Assembly: GCA_964016885.1 (NCBI GenBank) | Contig: OZ024749.1 | Span: 49,476,001 to 49,540,000 of the forward strand | DNA from: Eledone cirrhosa | Lineage: Eukaryota | DNA: 64,000 nt | Direction: 5' to 3' | Shown: one piece after another, positions 17,391-32,276 of the stretch | Position numbering within the stretch: position 1 is the first letter of the stretch | How the letters are laid out: each line of letters opens with the position of its first letter | Program-made: the position numbers and the translations under genes | Notes under the pieces: model-generated | Told to the model about the DNA's origin: nothing | Seen by the model: only the letters and a program-made list of their open reading frames with translations | The model's database searches: none

Positions 17391-18727
17391 GTTGTGGGTT
17401 CGATTCCTTCGAACCCACTTCATTTCAGATTGCTCCACTTTTTTATACAGGAAGTCCTGTACTCTCAGTTGGATTAGATAACGGGATGATGAGCTCCACG
17501 GCTTGCATCAGACTTTAACAATATTATAGTATAGGTGTTTATATTCCGTCGCAAATTGCCATGTTTTGCCTGCTGCTTTAAGTTTTAATTTAGTTTATGT
17601 GCATTTGATTAAGCAATTCTCAGCTTGATGCCGTTACTTACACACTATCCACTTGCGTAAAAATAAATCTTCATCAGGATTCCGTATTTGAATAAATATG
17701 AACGTTATGAATTTTCAGAGTATTACATTAATTGTTCATAGCAATATTGATCGCTACTCGTTTGATTCGATATTTACTGATTGGAGTTGAAAGATGGCAG
17801 AATAAAATAAAATATGGTATATCACAGATACATGGAAATTGTAATGGGTATTTCAGATTATACAATTGTCTTTATATGTTTATAGATGTTTTATTCGTTT
17901 TTGATAGCGCTTGGTGAATGAACATCCTAGATATTTTGTTACAGTGTTTAATCCTACTGTGCTTCATTAAGCAAAATATTGCATGAAATCAAACAAGCTT
18001 TATTTTCCCCTTAAACAATTCACGTTTCATGTTCGTTACATTCTGTTTGATTAATCACTACTGGCGTCAGTTGATCTCTACATTCATTAGTATGTCCCTT
18101 TATGAACAAAATAGACAAAATACACATCACGTGTCTATCAATATAGAGAACCATATTTTACACTTATTTAACACTTATGGAAAGTATGTTGGTAGTATTC
18201 CTTCTCACAAAAACATATTACAAAAAGAGTTTTAACGCTTAATTCTTATCTATATGATAATACTGTATTATAGACGTCATTTCGTTTACGAAATCAGATT
18301 ACGTTTAATGAACAAAATTATGTTTCTATTATGAAATAAACAAATATATCATAGAATATATGTTGTGGTTTTCGCAACAACAATGAAGCTTACTATAAAT
18401 GAATCCAATGTTTCGCTGTGACAAATGAAAACTGGCTTGAAGAAAGTTTGAAACATATGGTTGTCAGTATGAATCATATCAATTTACGAACTATGAACTT
18501 TAGATAAACGGATGTTCTGACCTAAAATCTAGTTGGAATCAGATATGATATATACTGCGTTGAAGGTGTAAATATACTGACATAGCAAGGCATGTTCCCT
18601 TCATTATCAATTACATTGATGTTTTCAATTTACTGAAATAAGAATGGGATATATGTGCACACTATATTTTGTTTTAAAGAAACATCCACACATACATGTA
18701 CACATACATTCATGAATACATACATAC

Positions 18728-18788
<61 letters not shown>

Positions 18789-21314
18789 GGGGGGGGGGGT
18801 ATGTGTGTACTTGTCTATACATATATGTCTACATTATATATATATATATATATTTATATGTGAGCGTGACAGATAGATAGGCAGATTTAAAATGTGTTTG
18901 TTTCTGTATGTGTAGCTTCAATAACATATGAATGCATACATTTGCTCGTCTGTCAAACATTCCAGTTGAGAGCGTAACTAACAAAGGGACCGCTTTAAAT
19001 ACCTAGGATGCAACACGGCTTATATCACGACTACAGATAAAGCACATTATCAATTAATGGAAAATACAGGTTTCATACAATCTGTAATCAGAAAGCATTA
19101 CTAATATCTTTTATTTCATTCAGTACCTGAACAACACCTTAGGTAGTCCTCTAATGGACCATTATATTTATATATGTTGCAAAGGGAAAATAACTGACTC
19201 ATTCCATGTAGATAAGTACAACTAATTATTTAATAATAAAGATTGTTACGGTGTAATGTGGTACTGAATGGAATGGAATACGAATAAAAGAGAAAGGTTT
19301 CATGTAATGCATTTTTTTTCTATTTCCAAAACAATAGGAATTCAGTTTTATCATCCTTTTTCATAGTAATTTTACGAGTGCTTCTTTTTTTATTATTTAG
19401 TAACGGATCACATTCGAATGTATTATATAAACATTTACTCAGATGGATGAATAAGGTAATTTTGACCTATGTGTGATTTGAAAACAACGTATAATACTTC
19501 AACGAAATCCCACTAAATTTTTTTTTCCTAAAAGTTTCTATTGTTGGCCCAGTGAGTGATTGGAGGAAAAAGAAAGGAATATACAGTCACGTTATCGCAA
19601 CATGGGAGGTAATTACATATCTAACGTGTATGGTGGAAGATGATTTTGTGTATAGGTTTGCTCGTGCAGTGATGAACTGAGTTACGCAACATATATTTAT
19701 TATACGCAGTATATATCTATTTTCTTTCCGCATTATTAAAAAGAGACAATGTAGTATCTTCCACCATCCTTGCAAATTGGAATTTACTAATCATTTCCGA
19801 AATCTCTAAAACGAAATGTTTGAAAAAATGCCAATAATACATTAGTTTTGTTGTTTAGAAATAACTGAAATATATCTACAAAAATCTGAACAAATTGAAT
19901 ACTTTATAATGGAATGTGTATTATTGTTATTTCTTTATATGATCGAAATAAAATATTCATAAATTATTCATAATCTTTTAAAATAGTTATAATACTTTCT
20001 TTCACTGTGTTACCGAGTACCATGTAATGGGCAGATACATTGTCGAATAATTTTGTTACAACAAAAAGACACATTTAATAAATTAGTATTTTCCTTTCAA
20101 TATCACGTACACGATAATTTTGGGAAAGAAATAAACTGTAATATAATGTAATTGGTATTATCTTAAGGAAAACAGAGTAGAAAGTTCTGGTAATCAAGCA
20201 TGGGTACTACCTCATCTAACATACATGGAATTTCAAAGAAAATATGAGAGACGATTTTAAAATGCTGATGCAGCACCTACTTTCAGATGTGATAATGCTG
20301 GATGTCACTAATAATATCGCGGTGTGTTAATAATACTCTTAGGGAATGTTGTACAGAAATTGTATATTGCAACATATTTGTGTTGGATATAACTAGAATG
20401 ATTATGTCACAAAAAATTATTAATTAAAGGACTGCATGAAACCCGAAGCCCATTTGGTTTTCATTAAAAATAAATTAAGTTATGTCAAATTAAGCAAATG
20501 AAAATATATATTAGTTTATTTCATTAACGGTTTCAGTAATTTGATTGCTGTACACATCGGTATCTTCATCTTTATTCATTTCAGTTTGAAAAAAGACATT
20601 GTGCTTCAGAAAGAACTAGATTTACGTATCCTATGAATATTATAAATATACTATGTGTGATCCTTTGAAGGGAATATTAAATGGAGCTATAATGTATTAT
20701 TTTATTAATCTATATCCATTCAATAGGTTTTTTTACGCATTTGTCCCGATATTGATTCATATAAATATATTAAGATATATATGTAAGTATGAATGCATGT
20801 ATGTGAATGCATGCATGATTTTAAGTAGTTTGAGCTTCAGACCTTCATCTCCCACATTTCAGAAAGTCAGAATATATTTGAAAAATCTAGGCAAAAACTT
20901 TGTCATGGTACCTAAAACGCAGTTAAATAACTTTGCTGAAGCCAACTTTTGTTACCATGTGATAGCGCTCCTTAACGTCACTGAAATATGAAGTCAAATT
21001 GAACTCAGAAAGTTTCTAACTATCATTTCCGGTTTTCATACATGGCCTCTTTCGCATGAAGAAAAAAGAACAGATAATTTGAACGTTATAACTATACTGT
21101 AATCTATGTAAATCATATAATTTCTTCATCTCCATTTGAGGTATCTCATGTATGTAGTTTTCATCATTTGCTAAGTCGATTCATTCTATACAAATTGCAT
21201 ATTTCTAGATATTTACCAAATCTTAGGAATTTCAATGTAACTGGATTAGAAACCTTGTAAGTTTTAATTAATGTGTACCTAATAATAATATTGATATTAA
21301 GTGTTGTTATTTAA

Positions 21315-21499
21315 GGGCGGTGGATTGGCAGTATCGGTAAAGGGTCGAACGCCGTGCTTTCCAGAATAGTTACGTCCCTTTACGATCTGAGTTCAAATCC
21401 CGCCGAGGTTGACTTTGCCTTTCATCATTACGGGGTCGATAAAATAAAGTACCAGTAATGCACTGGGTAATTGCTGGCCGTGTGCCTAAAGTAGAAACA
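21315..21499 (+). mobile_element. Full-length tRNA-derived SINE (~185 bp), best reference copy
   Basis: A-box-like TGGCAGTATCGG, B-box-like GAGTTCAAATCC, core GCCTTTCATCATTACGGGGTCGATAAA, end GTAGAAACA, imperfect TSD GTTATTT(A/C)AGG. Confidence 0.92.
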
Positions 21500-24400
21500 G
21501 TTATTTCAGGAGGCATATTTCAGTTTGCTGTTCAGATTCAAATACCTTAAACATTACGTTAATATCAACACCCAAGAAAGAGAAAAATATATAGTATCAT
21601 TTCTAATATTTTCCATACATCATTATCTATGAAGCGCTGCCTCTATCTGGATTGTTCATCGTTTTTGCTCGTGAAATATCACACTGTTTTAGGATCGCAA
21701 TATAAGTTGATGGATTTACCAATATACACATAGAATATGAACTTATATGGATATTTTCTTCCCGAATTTCGATTATGTTTTCGAATCAACACATGCTAAA
21801 TACGGTTTATTATTCAGATTCATTTAAAGCTATTGATGTTACGACTAAATATATTATGGAAAACAATATCTAAAGAAACACAAATACTTAATAATACTTT
21901 ATTTCCTTAAGGTTATACAGCTTGGTGTAATAAAAAGAAGACAGTTTGGAAACATAAAGGTCTAAAGATCAATAACGTTCACTAGGCAAACAGCATTACA
22001 TGCGGTACAGTAATTTTATTGGACATGCCATGAATACATTCTGAAGAAAAAATATTGTGATTTGTTCGCCTTGGATTTTCAATTGAACTATTTTAATTCC
22101 CTTGAAGTAATTGCCAGAGAAAAAACATTACTACATAATATGTTCCTTACCTCTAGCTGTGGAACGTTGCAGTTAAATAACTTTCATTTTAGTATGTATA
22201 ATGTAAGACGTTGAACATTATATTAAGGAAAAGGAATCTAAAAATGGAAAAGAAAAAATAATTGTTCATCTACAATATTAGTATTAAGGGGGCATATTTT
22301 TTTTTTTGTTTCCTTGCATATTAATAAATACAGCATGTCGGTTCAGTAAGAATGGTTTCGTCAGAGTGTAGAATTTAAATGTGAGGCCGAACTTTGCTAA
22401 TAACGTATGTCATGGTAGCCAAGGATATGGAATGATTCGTAATGTTACAGATGTTGTTGCTGTCATGGACCGATTGAAGAAATACGAGTTTCAGGCCGAT
22501 TCCATTAATAGTTAGTGATAGTCAAATGATAGAGAATTTCATTAAGAATACCTATTGAAAATTATGCTAAATTTATGTTAGAAGAGTAGTGAAAAATGAC
22601 ACGTTTCAAATAACACATATAACTAAAAGAAGTAATGCTTTAATGTATAACTAATTTCTGTTTCCAGTAGCAATCCCCAGAACAGGAATTGCTGAGAAAC
22701 CAATTGCATTAAAAGTTATACAAAGAAAATTGTCGCTTTCGGGACTCTTATTTGCTTGTGTATGCGAGGATGCTAGATTATATATTTTTCCTTTGTGGCC
22801 ATCGGATTGAACTATGCAAATATCACTGCCTATATTTTGAATAGCGGATACTTGATTATCAACCGAACATTGGACGGAACAAAAACAGATTTAAAGTTTC
22901 CTGATACGCATATAAATCTTGTAGTTTGCTCTTTCGATTTATCGCAGATGTGCTTTCTAATATTGAATGCAACATTTATCCTAAAACTGGCAGTGGAAAG
23001 ATTGCTATGGCAGGAATTATAGGATACTCCATTCATTTTCGAGGGTATCATTAAAATTATTATATGCTGTAAGACGGATACTGATTTCCTATATCGGCTA
23101 AATGTAACTTTGTTAAGGTTGCAATATAATACAAAATCTATTCCAAGCTAGTTATTCGCATTCCTCATATAAAAAGACAAAGAGAATGATCAAAAGTAAA
23201 GTCATACCAAAATGACATTGATTTAAAACCTTAAAATAAAGAAAGAACATCGTGCTAAAGAATTGATTTCAACGTGCTACACCTTCTGTGGTTCTTCACC
23301 CTATTTCGTGATGTGAGTATGTTTTGTAAATATACATGTTCATCTGACGTTACAAAGCAGATCAGTCTACATACTACCAATAATTACGCCAAGAAATTCA
23401 ACAATATTAATGACTACATTTCATAATAAATGTATATGAAAATAAATCTAGATTTTCCTACTTAATTATGAAGATATTTACAAGATGTTTATCAGAATAT
23501 CCTATCCGATAATGTGTCATTCTCTTCAGGAATTCATATTATAAATACGTATAGCAAATAGCTATTCTACACTGAATTTAAATGTGTGGTGTCTTTTATT
23601 GGGGTATTCGTAGAACGAGATATAAGAGAATATAAAAAATAGTAAATGTGTTCTGAACTGTGAGGAAAGTGGAATAAGAAAGAAAGTTGTGGTTTAATAT
23701 GGTATAATAATGCGTATTTAATTTTCAGTTTTGCATAAGAGTGAAAAGAATCAAACGGGCATTAAATAAGATAAGTGTTAGCTGTTTTGGAAATCTTATC
23801 CAAGCTTCCGTTAATATTCTTACGGAAATGATTTAAATTCGGAATAGGCTTTATAAAGGAAATTTTCAAACATATTAAATCCTCATAAATTACCAGAAAC
23901 TTATCATCTAATCGATGACACCAGAAGTTGTTTAGATATTAAGAAGATATTTGAAAGACAGGAAATATATATAGTATAAATAAATGAATAACGATATGTT
24001 ATCAGGATATTTCATAAAATTATTGTGCAAACATACATCCATTATCTCTTATAACAGAAAATGTAATCAAAATACTTTCAGGAAATACATTTAACAATAT
24101 ATAAACACATATATACCCATAGAGATTCTTTCACTTATAAATACACCAACGTTTGTGTTTGTATGTAGGTATATATGAATATATTTATTATCTTCGTAAA
24201 TATAACGAAAGGAATTTTGATTATACATGTTTGTTTAGAAAGCAGCTATTATTCTCATCAAAATTGATCACGATCTGTTTCTAATGATGTAGTTTCATAT
24301 ATATAAAGAAGAAAATAAAACGTTACACGTTTTATGAAAACAATATTTTTTGGATATTTCTTTTTTGAAATATATATAATTTATTATAAAATTAAATGAT

Positions 24401-24628
24401 TATCATAATCTTATATACATTAAAAAGTTTCTGGGAAGAGAACCACGTGCAGAGAATAACAATCAAACACGCATGCGTGCCAAACATGCGTGTGTGAAAG
24501 GAAATAATTCTGCATGTTTCAACTATATCTCTGTACAAACAGGATTATATAATAGGATGTTGTTTACAAATTACAAATTCCACGAAGTATATCGGCACAT
24601 ATAGGTTTTTTTCTATTGCAAAGCATAA

Positions 24629-24629
<1 letters not shown>

Positions 24630-24698
<69 letters not shown>
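24630..24698. repeat. (AC)n microsatellite
   Basis: Direct reading. Confidence 0.97.
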
Positions 24699-24701
<3 letters not shown>

Positions 24702-25453
24702 TATATGTTTTAGTTTGGTCATAAATTATTGGAGATTTTATGTTATTTTTTCAACCTCATTTGATGAATGAAAACTCACGTAATATTCGCTGTTTGTCTT
24801 TGTATGGGTTGTATAACAGGTAATAATCTGAACATACTTATGTGAGAAAAATTCGCCAAAGGGGTGAGTGTTTCTGAAATGTGATTAATAAACTTGGGGG
24901 TTCGTAAATTCTAAATCACATATATATACAATGCACTACGTATTTAATAATTTGCTCTGTACAGATGCAAACTTGGTCTTGTACATGCTATGCTAGTTAA
25001 CAATTTGTGACAAATAAAACATTAATTGAACAATATGTTATAATATACCTGTGGCTTCACAACAAATTATCATAAAAAAAACTAACCATGTAAAATTGTC
25101 ACATATTCCGTAACATTGATATAAAAAGGAACTTCGTCTTTTTTTCTTTTCTGATTTTTTTACAAACATTCAATTTTTTCCACTATCGCACTTTTATTTT
25201 CTCTTTGAAACAAATTTAACACATTTAGACATTTCCTTCCACACGTCTTCAATTAAACCTATCAAAATGATTCAAGTAAATTTCTCCCCTGTAAATCAGA
25301 ATTGATAGTTAATCACATGATCACAGACATTCAGCATTCTTTCATTATTAGAGATTCGTTTACTTATGTCACCGACAAAAATAAGATATAAGAAAACAAC
25401 AGCAAACAATACTACAGAATCTATGAACACGTATCTGTATACACGCCGTCTTA

Positions 25454-25500
<47 letters not shown>

Positions 25501-27315
25501 CTTACAAATTAGGCACATACATATGAATACATGCATGCACTTACACACACAGACTCACACATTTGGCTTGTGCTCGCTCCAACGAACACACACAGAAACA
25601 TACAAGATAGAGGTAGGCGATTGAATATATGATCAGTAGTGAGCGAGCGAGTAAGCTTTTGTTCCCTGTTCCCATTCAAATGCGTTCAACTAAGTAACCG
25701 TGTGTAATCGAACGTAGATACGCGTGTATTCATCGTACCAGCAATGATGAAGCAACGTGCCAAAAATTATTTGGCATGAGAAAAGTTATTTGGTGAAAAA
25801 TAAGAAAATAAAGAAATAAATAAATAAAAAGTATATACACATAAAATACAGGAAATCTCAACATTTCGCTCCAACACTTCCCTTCGAATGATTTCAATTG
25901 TTTCGTTGACGTAAAACATACGTAAAAACACACGCATATAAATTGTGATACTCTCACACTCATCCTTACACGCACATACTACCACAAACACACTATCGGA
26001 TACAAACACACATATAGAAATATATAATCGCACGTTCACATACAATTGCTCGTCGCTTAGATATCTTATTTCTATAAAATTCTCTTCAATACTGTATCTC
26101 TTGAATCTCATTCTTTTTTATTTCTCTATCTCACTGCCAGAAGGAGTGCATTTACTATTGCAATATCAGGTTTTAATGATTTCACACACATATATTTTCC
26201 TTGGAAGATAACGTACACATACAAACACACACACATATATATATATATATATACATCTATATATAAATGTGTGTGTCTGTATATATATATATGTATGTAT
26301 GTATATGTATGTATATCTGTTTTTATGTGTGAATAGTTTCTTTAACTATTTTCAAAGCCTTTTAAAGAAAACTGAATTAACTTAAGTTGAGATGTAACAT
26401 TTGATATATGTATGATTAATTTCACATTACGATATTTCTCTATTACTTATCTTACAATGGTTGTAGATATTCATTATTTCCCTTCGATCAATTTCTCTCA
26501 CGCTTTTGTCTGTAAAATTGTATGTAAAATCAAATCAGTTGATTTCACACTCTTAATTCCAAACGCCAGCCTGATTTCAATGTGATTACACATATGTCTC
26601 CGTTTACGTTATTTTGTAATGATACTTTTTGTATCATTACATTTGCACCGATAATAAATGAAAGCTACTTTCACTATGCCCTAAAATATATCTAGTTATG
26701 ATCATATTTTACTAAATAGATTTATGTATTTGACATGCCGTATTTTTGCGGAGTCAGCACGAATCCACTGCTCGTTTGTTCTTTATTGTCTGTTGGATTT
26801 GGAACATGGTATATAGTAGTTTCATTATAAATGTCATTATGAAGTTTATTTAAGATGTCACTTCTTATTTCAATGGAACACGCACGTATTCCAAAAATAA
26901 AATAAATAAAAACGAGGAAACACTTATCACACAAACAGAACCTTTATAATCGTTGCATTCATAGCCTATTCTGATAGTATATATTAATCTATCGATAGTT
27001 AACTCTATTGAATATTTATTGACATTTCAATTCTTCTTATGAATTACGTTAAATATATGTATTTGTGTATATGCATATATTTTTCATGTATATATGTATA
27101 TGTGAACTACTAAACGCTCATATACGCATGAATAGTATTTTCGTTCATTTAATTGCTGTTGACTTCCTCAAATGAATGATATAAACTGTTTCTTCAATTA
27201 GATGTATATTTGTTCGTGTCATAAAATGAATGTACTGAATAATTCTACCGTATTAACAGAAGCAAATGCATATAAAACCACATTCATATTCATCCTAACT
27301 CCAAACGCATACATG

Positions 27316-27407
<92 letters not shown>

Positions 27408-29562
27408 GGAGAGAAAGAGATACAAAGTTAAAAGTGTATATATTTTTTTAATTGCAAATTTCTTTTGTTACAACGAATATTTATTTTGATTTTTATTTCT
27501 ACTTGATAACGTGTCGTATTCGTTTTTTTTTCCTTTCCATACTATCTATACTGGGCTTCTACTATTCCCAAAACCACTTTATTTCGAAACGTTCCAGGAG
27601 CAGCTCTTATACATACAATTTGTTTACTATTAATACACATATATTTCCATAGCGTAAAACGAACATTATTTTTTTTCTTTATTTCTCCTTCAGTATTTCA
27701 TCCATTAATTCCTTAAGCTCACTCTACTCTCTATTTTTGTCTTGTCGTAACGTCATTTTTTTATCTTTTGTCATTGTAATCAATAAAATGTGCTCCTACT
27801 GTCGTTCTGATATTTTTATATATATTTTCTTCGCTCGGTTTAGTTTACTTACTTGACGCCATTCTGTTATCTTTTCAAGAAATAATTCTAGATCTCTTGA
27901 GGATATAAATTGTCAATTCTTTCGTATAGTGTGTTCTGAGTATTGCTCCCACTTTATTGTTCTATACAATTTTATCGATATTTTCCTTTACCGTTTTCAA
28001 GGCAACTAATATTGTAATATCTTTACAAAGGTGATAGAATATTTCTTTTATAAAAAATGAAATAAATATAAAGGTCCTAACCTTTTTGAAGCTACTGTCA
28101 TGGACATTTAATATCATGAATGCTGGTTCAGTATGAGCGTTTATGACATATAATGGAGCTGATTTTGTGTAACTTTTCTGGGGGTTTTTCTAATCAATCT
28201 TCATGCATTGAATTATGTTTTAGATATAGTTTTAGATATAGTTATATATATTATTTATGCCTCTAGTTCAAGAAATTTCATGCCGTTTTTCTATATATAA
28301 AATGTAATTAATACTAATTTACACAACACTATATATTAATCTAAGTCTGGAATTCAACGTAGTGTACATCAACGGGTAGTATACACTATTATATGTGTTA
28401 ATAAAATATATACACATAAACTAATCTTTCAATTTTCAAAAATGTTGTCGTCTCCCTACAAATACCAACGAACTATCATTCAAAGCATGTTCTAATATTA
28501 AAGGAATTGTCATATTGGCTAAAGGAATAGTGGCGTTCTCCCAATACGGCTTTACCTGGTAGTATGAAACACAAACCAGAACAATCTTCAAAAATCCAAG
28601 ATTATAATTCCTGGAAATGTTCAAGTTTATGAAGAGTCGATTAAAATGGTGTAAAATATATAGTTTTGCACAAGCTGAAACGAAATATAATTTATTGAAT
28701 ATCACAGCTGTTCCTAGAGCATAATTCTCTTTGTAATTTCATTAAATGTCTCTAAAGATTGTATTATATAATTCAATGTAAGTGCTAAGTAGTGATATGA
28801 TGATTGAATACCCTCATTGTTTGAAGAGATCTGATGACACAGTAATATGTCCGGACCGGTAATTGCTGATATAATGAGAATTATATTAATCAATGATGGA
28901 TATTAATTTTTCCTTTACGAAGCGTCCTGATGTTCTCTGCAATCAAGATGGTAACAATAATTTAATTATATTTAAAAATGTTTTAAAAGAGCTATAATAT
29001 GATGCGGGATAGCATAATTAGTGAACATTATTATACGAGAATATGATTAAATTATAATGCCTCCAATGAAAATATATTGGTGGAAATATAATGATAATCA
29101 TCCAATGATGCATATAAGTGACAGAGAGAGGCCTAATAATGGTTTAAAGTAATTCCTAATTAGAAATTCGAATGAAGGTAATAGCTTATTTGTCTTCGAA
29201 ATAAATTTTGTGAAATTCAGGCAACACTCTCATGAGATATAGATCTAAGGATGAAGCACTAAAACAATAATTTTTGCAACATAATATAGCGGAAAGACTC
29301 CTTCGGAAATAGGTTATAACTTTGGTAAAAGAAAGAAGAAACCATTAAGCATTTTCAATGGGAGTGTAAGTAATCATTTTCATCACAAGAATTCATCATC
29401 GAATTTATTTTAGATATTTGTGTTCATAGAAAACAAGTATGAATGGTCGCATCAGTGAAGTGAGGTTATATTACACACACTCACACACACATATATATAT
29501 ATATATATGTTTATATAAGTTCCCCGTGTCCAGGCATCGCCTGGGAACTTAGCTGGGAATTG

Positions 29563-29645
29563 ACTTCCTGATGACGAAAGGTATTCTCCATGTGATCCAT
29601 TCGGAAACCATGTTTATTCCCTTTCAGAAACTAATTAGTTGGAGT
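29563..29645 (+). ncRNA. Putative type I hammerhead ribozyme in a ~260-bp element between TA tracts
   Basis: ACTTC-CTGATGA(29568-29574)-C-GAAAGG...CCTTTC-A-GAAA(29627-29630)-CTAATTAG-TT/GGAGT. Stem I ACUUC:GGAGU, palindromic stem III ACUAAUUAGU, GUU site after 29640. Confidence 0.65.
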
Positions 29646-29821
29646 GAAATTTTAGTAAGTAAATTTTTATTAAGTTAATTTTTATAATTTTCTTATTTTA
29701 CGTCTTTCATATAATTGCTCTGCATCCCCTTGCATTGAACCACAGAGTTACTAAGACAAAGCCTATATATTTTCTAGCATAGGTATGCATCTGTATCTAT
29801 ATTTTGGTAGATATACTAAAT

Positions 29822-29871
<50 letters not shown>

Positions 29872-29932
29872 TTCATTATAATAAAGAACATAGGCACCGA
29901 CCCAACTATAAGAGTATATACACACATACATA

Positions 29933-30343
29933 CATGGTGGCTGCCAACTCGTTTTCGAGTACGGCCACTACTTTATATCCATGTAGGAGAACCCCTACCG
30001 ATGCGCTGAACGAGTGTGACTTTTTAGTCCAGCCAGCGACTTGAAAACTCTGGTACAAACACTACACTTGTGACAATTATTGACACATAGTGCTTTGCCT
30101 TTGGTACCATGTGACGACAAGTGCAGAGAGATCTCCAGATATAAAGCAATGCCTGTGCCCTGAAGCTTTTATAGTGAGCAAGGCACTGCACAAAGCCAGT
30201 CCCACTCTCTTAACCAAGATGATTTTTACCAAAAAGAAGAACAAGTCAACATCATTGGATACCATCAGGGTTGCAGGTGTTATATCAGAGTTTTCCTTCT
30301 CCTAGAATTCTGCCTTGACAAAGGCTAAGGGGTCATCTCTCCC
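29933..30343 (-). mobile_element. 5'-truncated copy of an RTE-like non-autonomous retroelement with (TATG)n tail
   Basis: About 410 bp closely matching 30798-31209. Contains GGAGAAGGAAAACTCTGA, a motif typical of RTE-clade 5' regions. Bounded by (TACA)n. Confidence 0.65.
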
Positions 30344-30426
30344 ATACATATATACATATATACATACATATATACATACATATATATATACATACATATA
30401 CATACATACATACATACATACATACA

Positions 30427-30460
<34 letters not shown>

Positions 30461-30797
30461 CATACATATATATATACATATATACATACATACATATATA
30501 TATACATCCATACATATATATATACATCCATACATATATACATCCATACATGTATATATACATATATACATATATACATACATACAAAACATTCTTGCGA
30601 TTCAAGGGATGACAATTTCTTTTCTTTTACAACCTTGCCAGCAGGAAGATGGTCGGTCAAAAAAATATACTCGAAATTAAGAGAAAGAGAAAACATACAT
30701 ATATACATACATACATATATATATACATACATACATATATAGATACATACACACATATATATATACATACATATACATATACATACATACATACATA

Positions 30798-31410
30798 CAT
30801 GGTGGCTGCCAACTCGTTTTCGAGTACGGCCATGACTTTATATCCATGTAGGAGAACCCCTACCGATACGCTGAACGAGTGTGACTTTTTAGTCCAGCCA
30901 GCGACTTGAAAACTCTGGTACAAACACTACACCTGTGACAATCATTGACACATAGTGCTGGGCCCATGGCACCATGTGACGACAAGTGCTAAGAGATCTC
31001 CAGATATAAAGCAATACCTGTGCCGTGAAGCTTTTATAGTGAGGAAGGGCACTGCACAAAGCCAGTCCCACTCTCTTAACCAAGATGATATTTACCAAAA
31101 AGAAGAACAAGCCAACATGATTGGATACCATCAGGGTTGCAGGTGTTATATCAGAGTTTTCCTTCTCCTAGAATTCTGCCTTTACAAAGGCTAAGGGGTC
31201 ATCTCTCCCGGTGATTTTGGATGGCCATTGACTCTTAAGAGGTCCTTTGTCCTTTGACAGGTTTTGTTTTTAGTCCTGCAGGATGTCCAAAGTCACCCTC
31301 CTCACCAAGAAACCTTGGTGGGGTTGCCAGTTTAGTCGCCAACGACCCGACCATGAGACAGGTTGTACTGGGATACATGTTACCAGTAGCACCAACTGGT
31401 GACCTGTCAT
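30798..31410 (-). mobile_element. Longer copy of the RTE-like non-autonomous retroelement
   Basis: Extends ~200 bp further 5' and includes GGCGACTAAACTGGCAACCCC. No intact ORF. Flanked by (TACA)n on both sides. Confidence 0.65.
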
Positions 31411-31477
31411 ACATACATACATACATACATACATACATACATACATACATACATACATACATACATACATACATACA

Positions 31478-31553
<76 letters not shown>

Positions 31554-31999
31554 AGCAAATTATAAACATAAACATATCAGTATGCTTTTGAAACGGTGCG
31601 CGAATTTGAAATTTGAAATTAGAAATTAGAAGCTTTCAGCATATTTTAGACTAACTTTTATATATAACTTTTTCCACTCTTCTTAAGTGACCCCTCATTC
31701 GAAGGCGAATCATTGACTTTGATTTTGCTAATAGAGAAGCTATCCGCAAACTGGAGCAATAGTCCATCACCTTTGGGTATCTATATATTGTATTTGTATA
31801 CATTAGTGTAGCTGATTCCATTGCTGAGAATATAGGTAACATTATCTGCTAGTTTAATATTACATATATATATAGAGACAAAAAGTGTTGCATTTATATA
31901 AATTATAGACGGCCAATCTTGTACATATTTGCATACTAACATAGGCATACACATATGTATTCAATCATATCTATATCCATGTACATATGTGAATACGTA

Positions 32000-32056
<57 letters not shown>

Positions 32057-32064
32057 ATATATAT

Positions 32065-32122
32065 AACATACGTATGACGAACTCTAATATATATATATAT
32101 AACATACGTATGACGAACTCTA
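32065..32122. repeat. Short tandem duplication of AACATACGTATGACGAACTCTA separated by (TA)n
   Basis: Identical 22-mers at 32065 and 32101. Confidence 0.85.
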
Positions 32123-32202
32123 TACGATTCTTTTTCCTTCAATATTATACACATATACGTATATATATATAATTTCCACTAGCCGTAATGCGATTATCGC
32201 TA

Positions 32203-32276
<74 letters not shown>

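Noticed and set aside
21315-21400. tRNA gene
   Set aside because: A/B-box-like motifs are present but there is no cloverleaf. It is the head of a multi-copy SINE.
22650-23051. Acceptor-like TTTCTGTTTCCAG with short open frames; similar candidate exon at 28557-28676 (minus)
   Set aside because: No recognisable protein and no consistent exon chain. Such signals are frequent by chance.
28826-28866. CTGATGA...GGACCGGTA HHR-like string
   Set aside because: GAAA is absent and the stems are weak, so it cannot be distinguished from chance.
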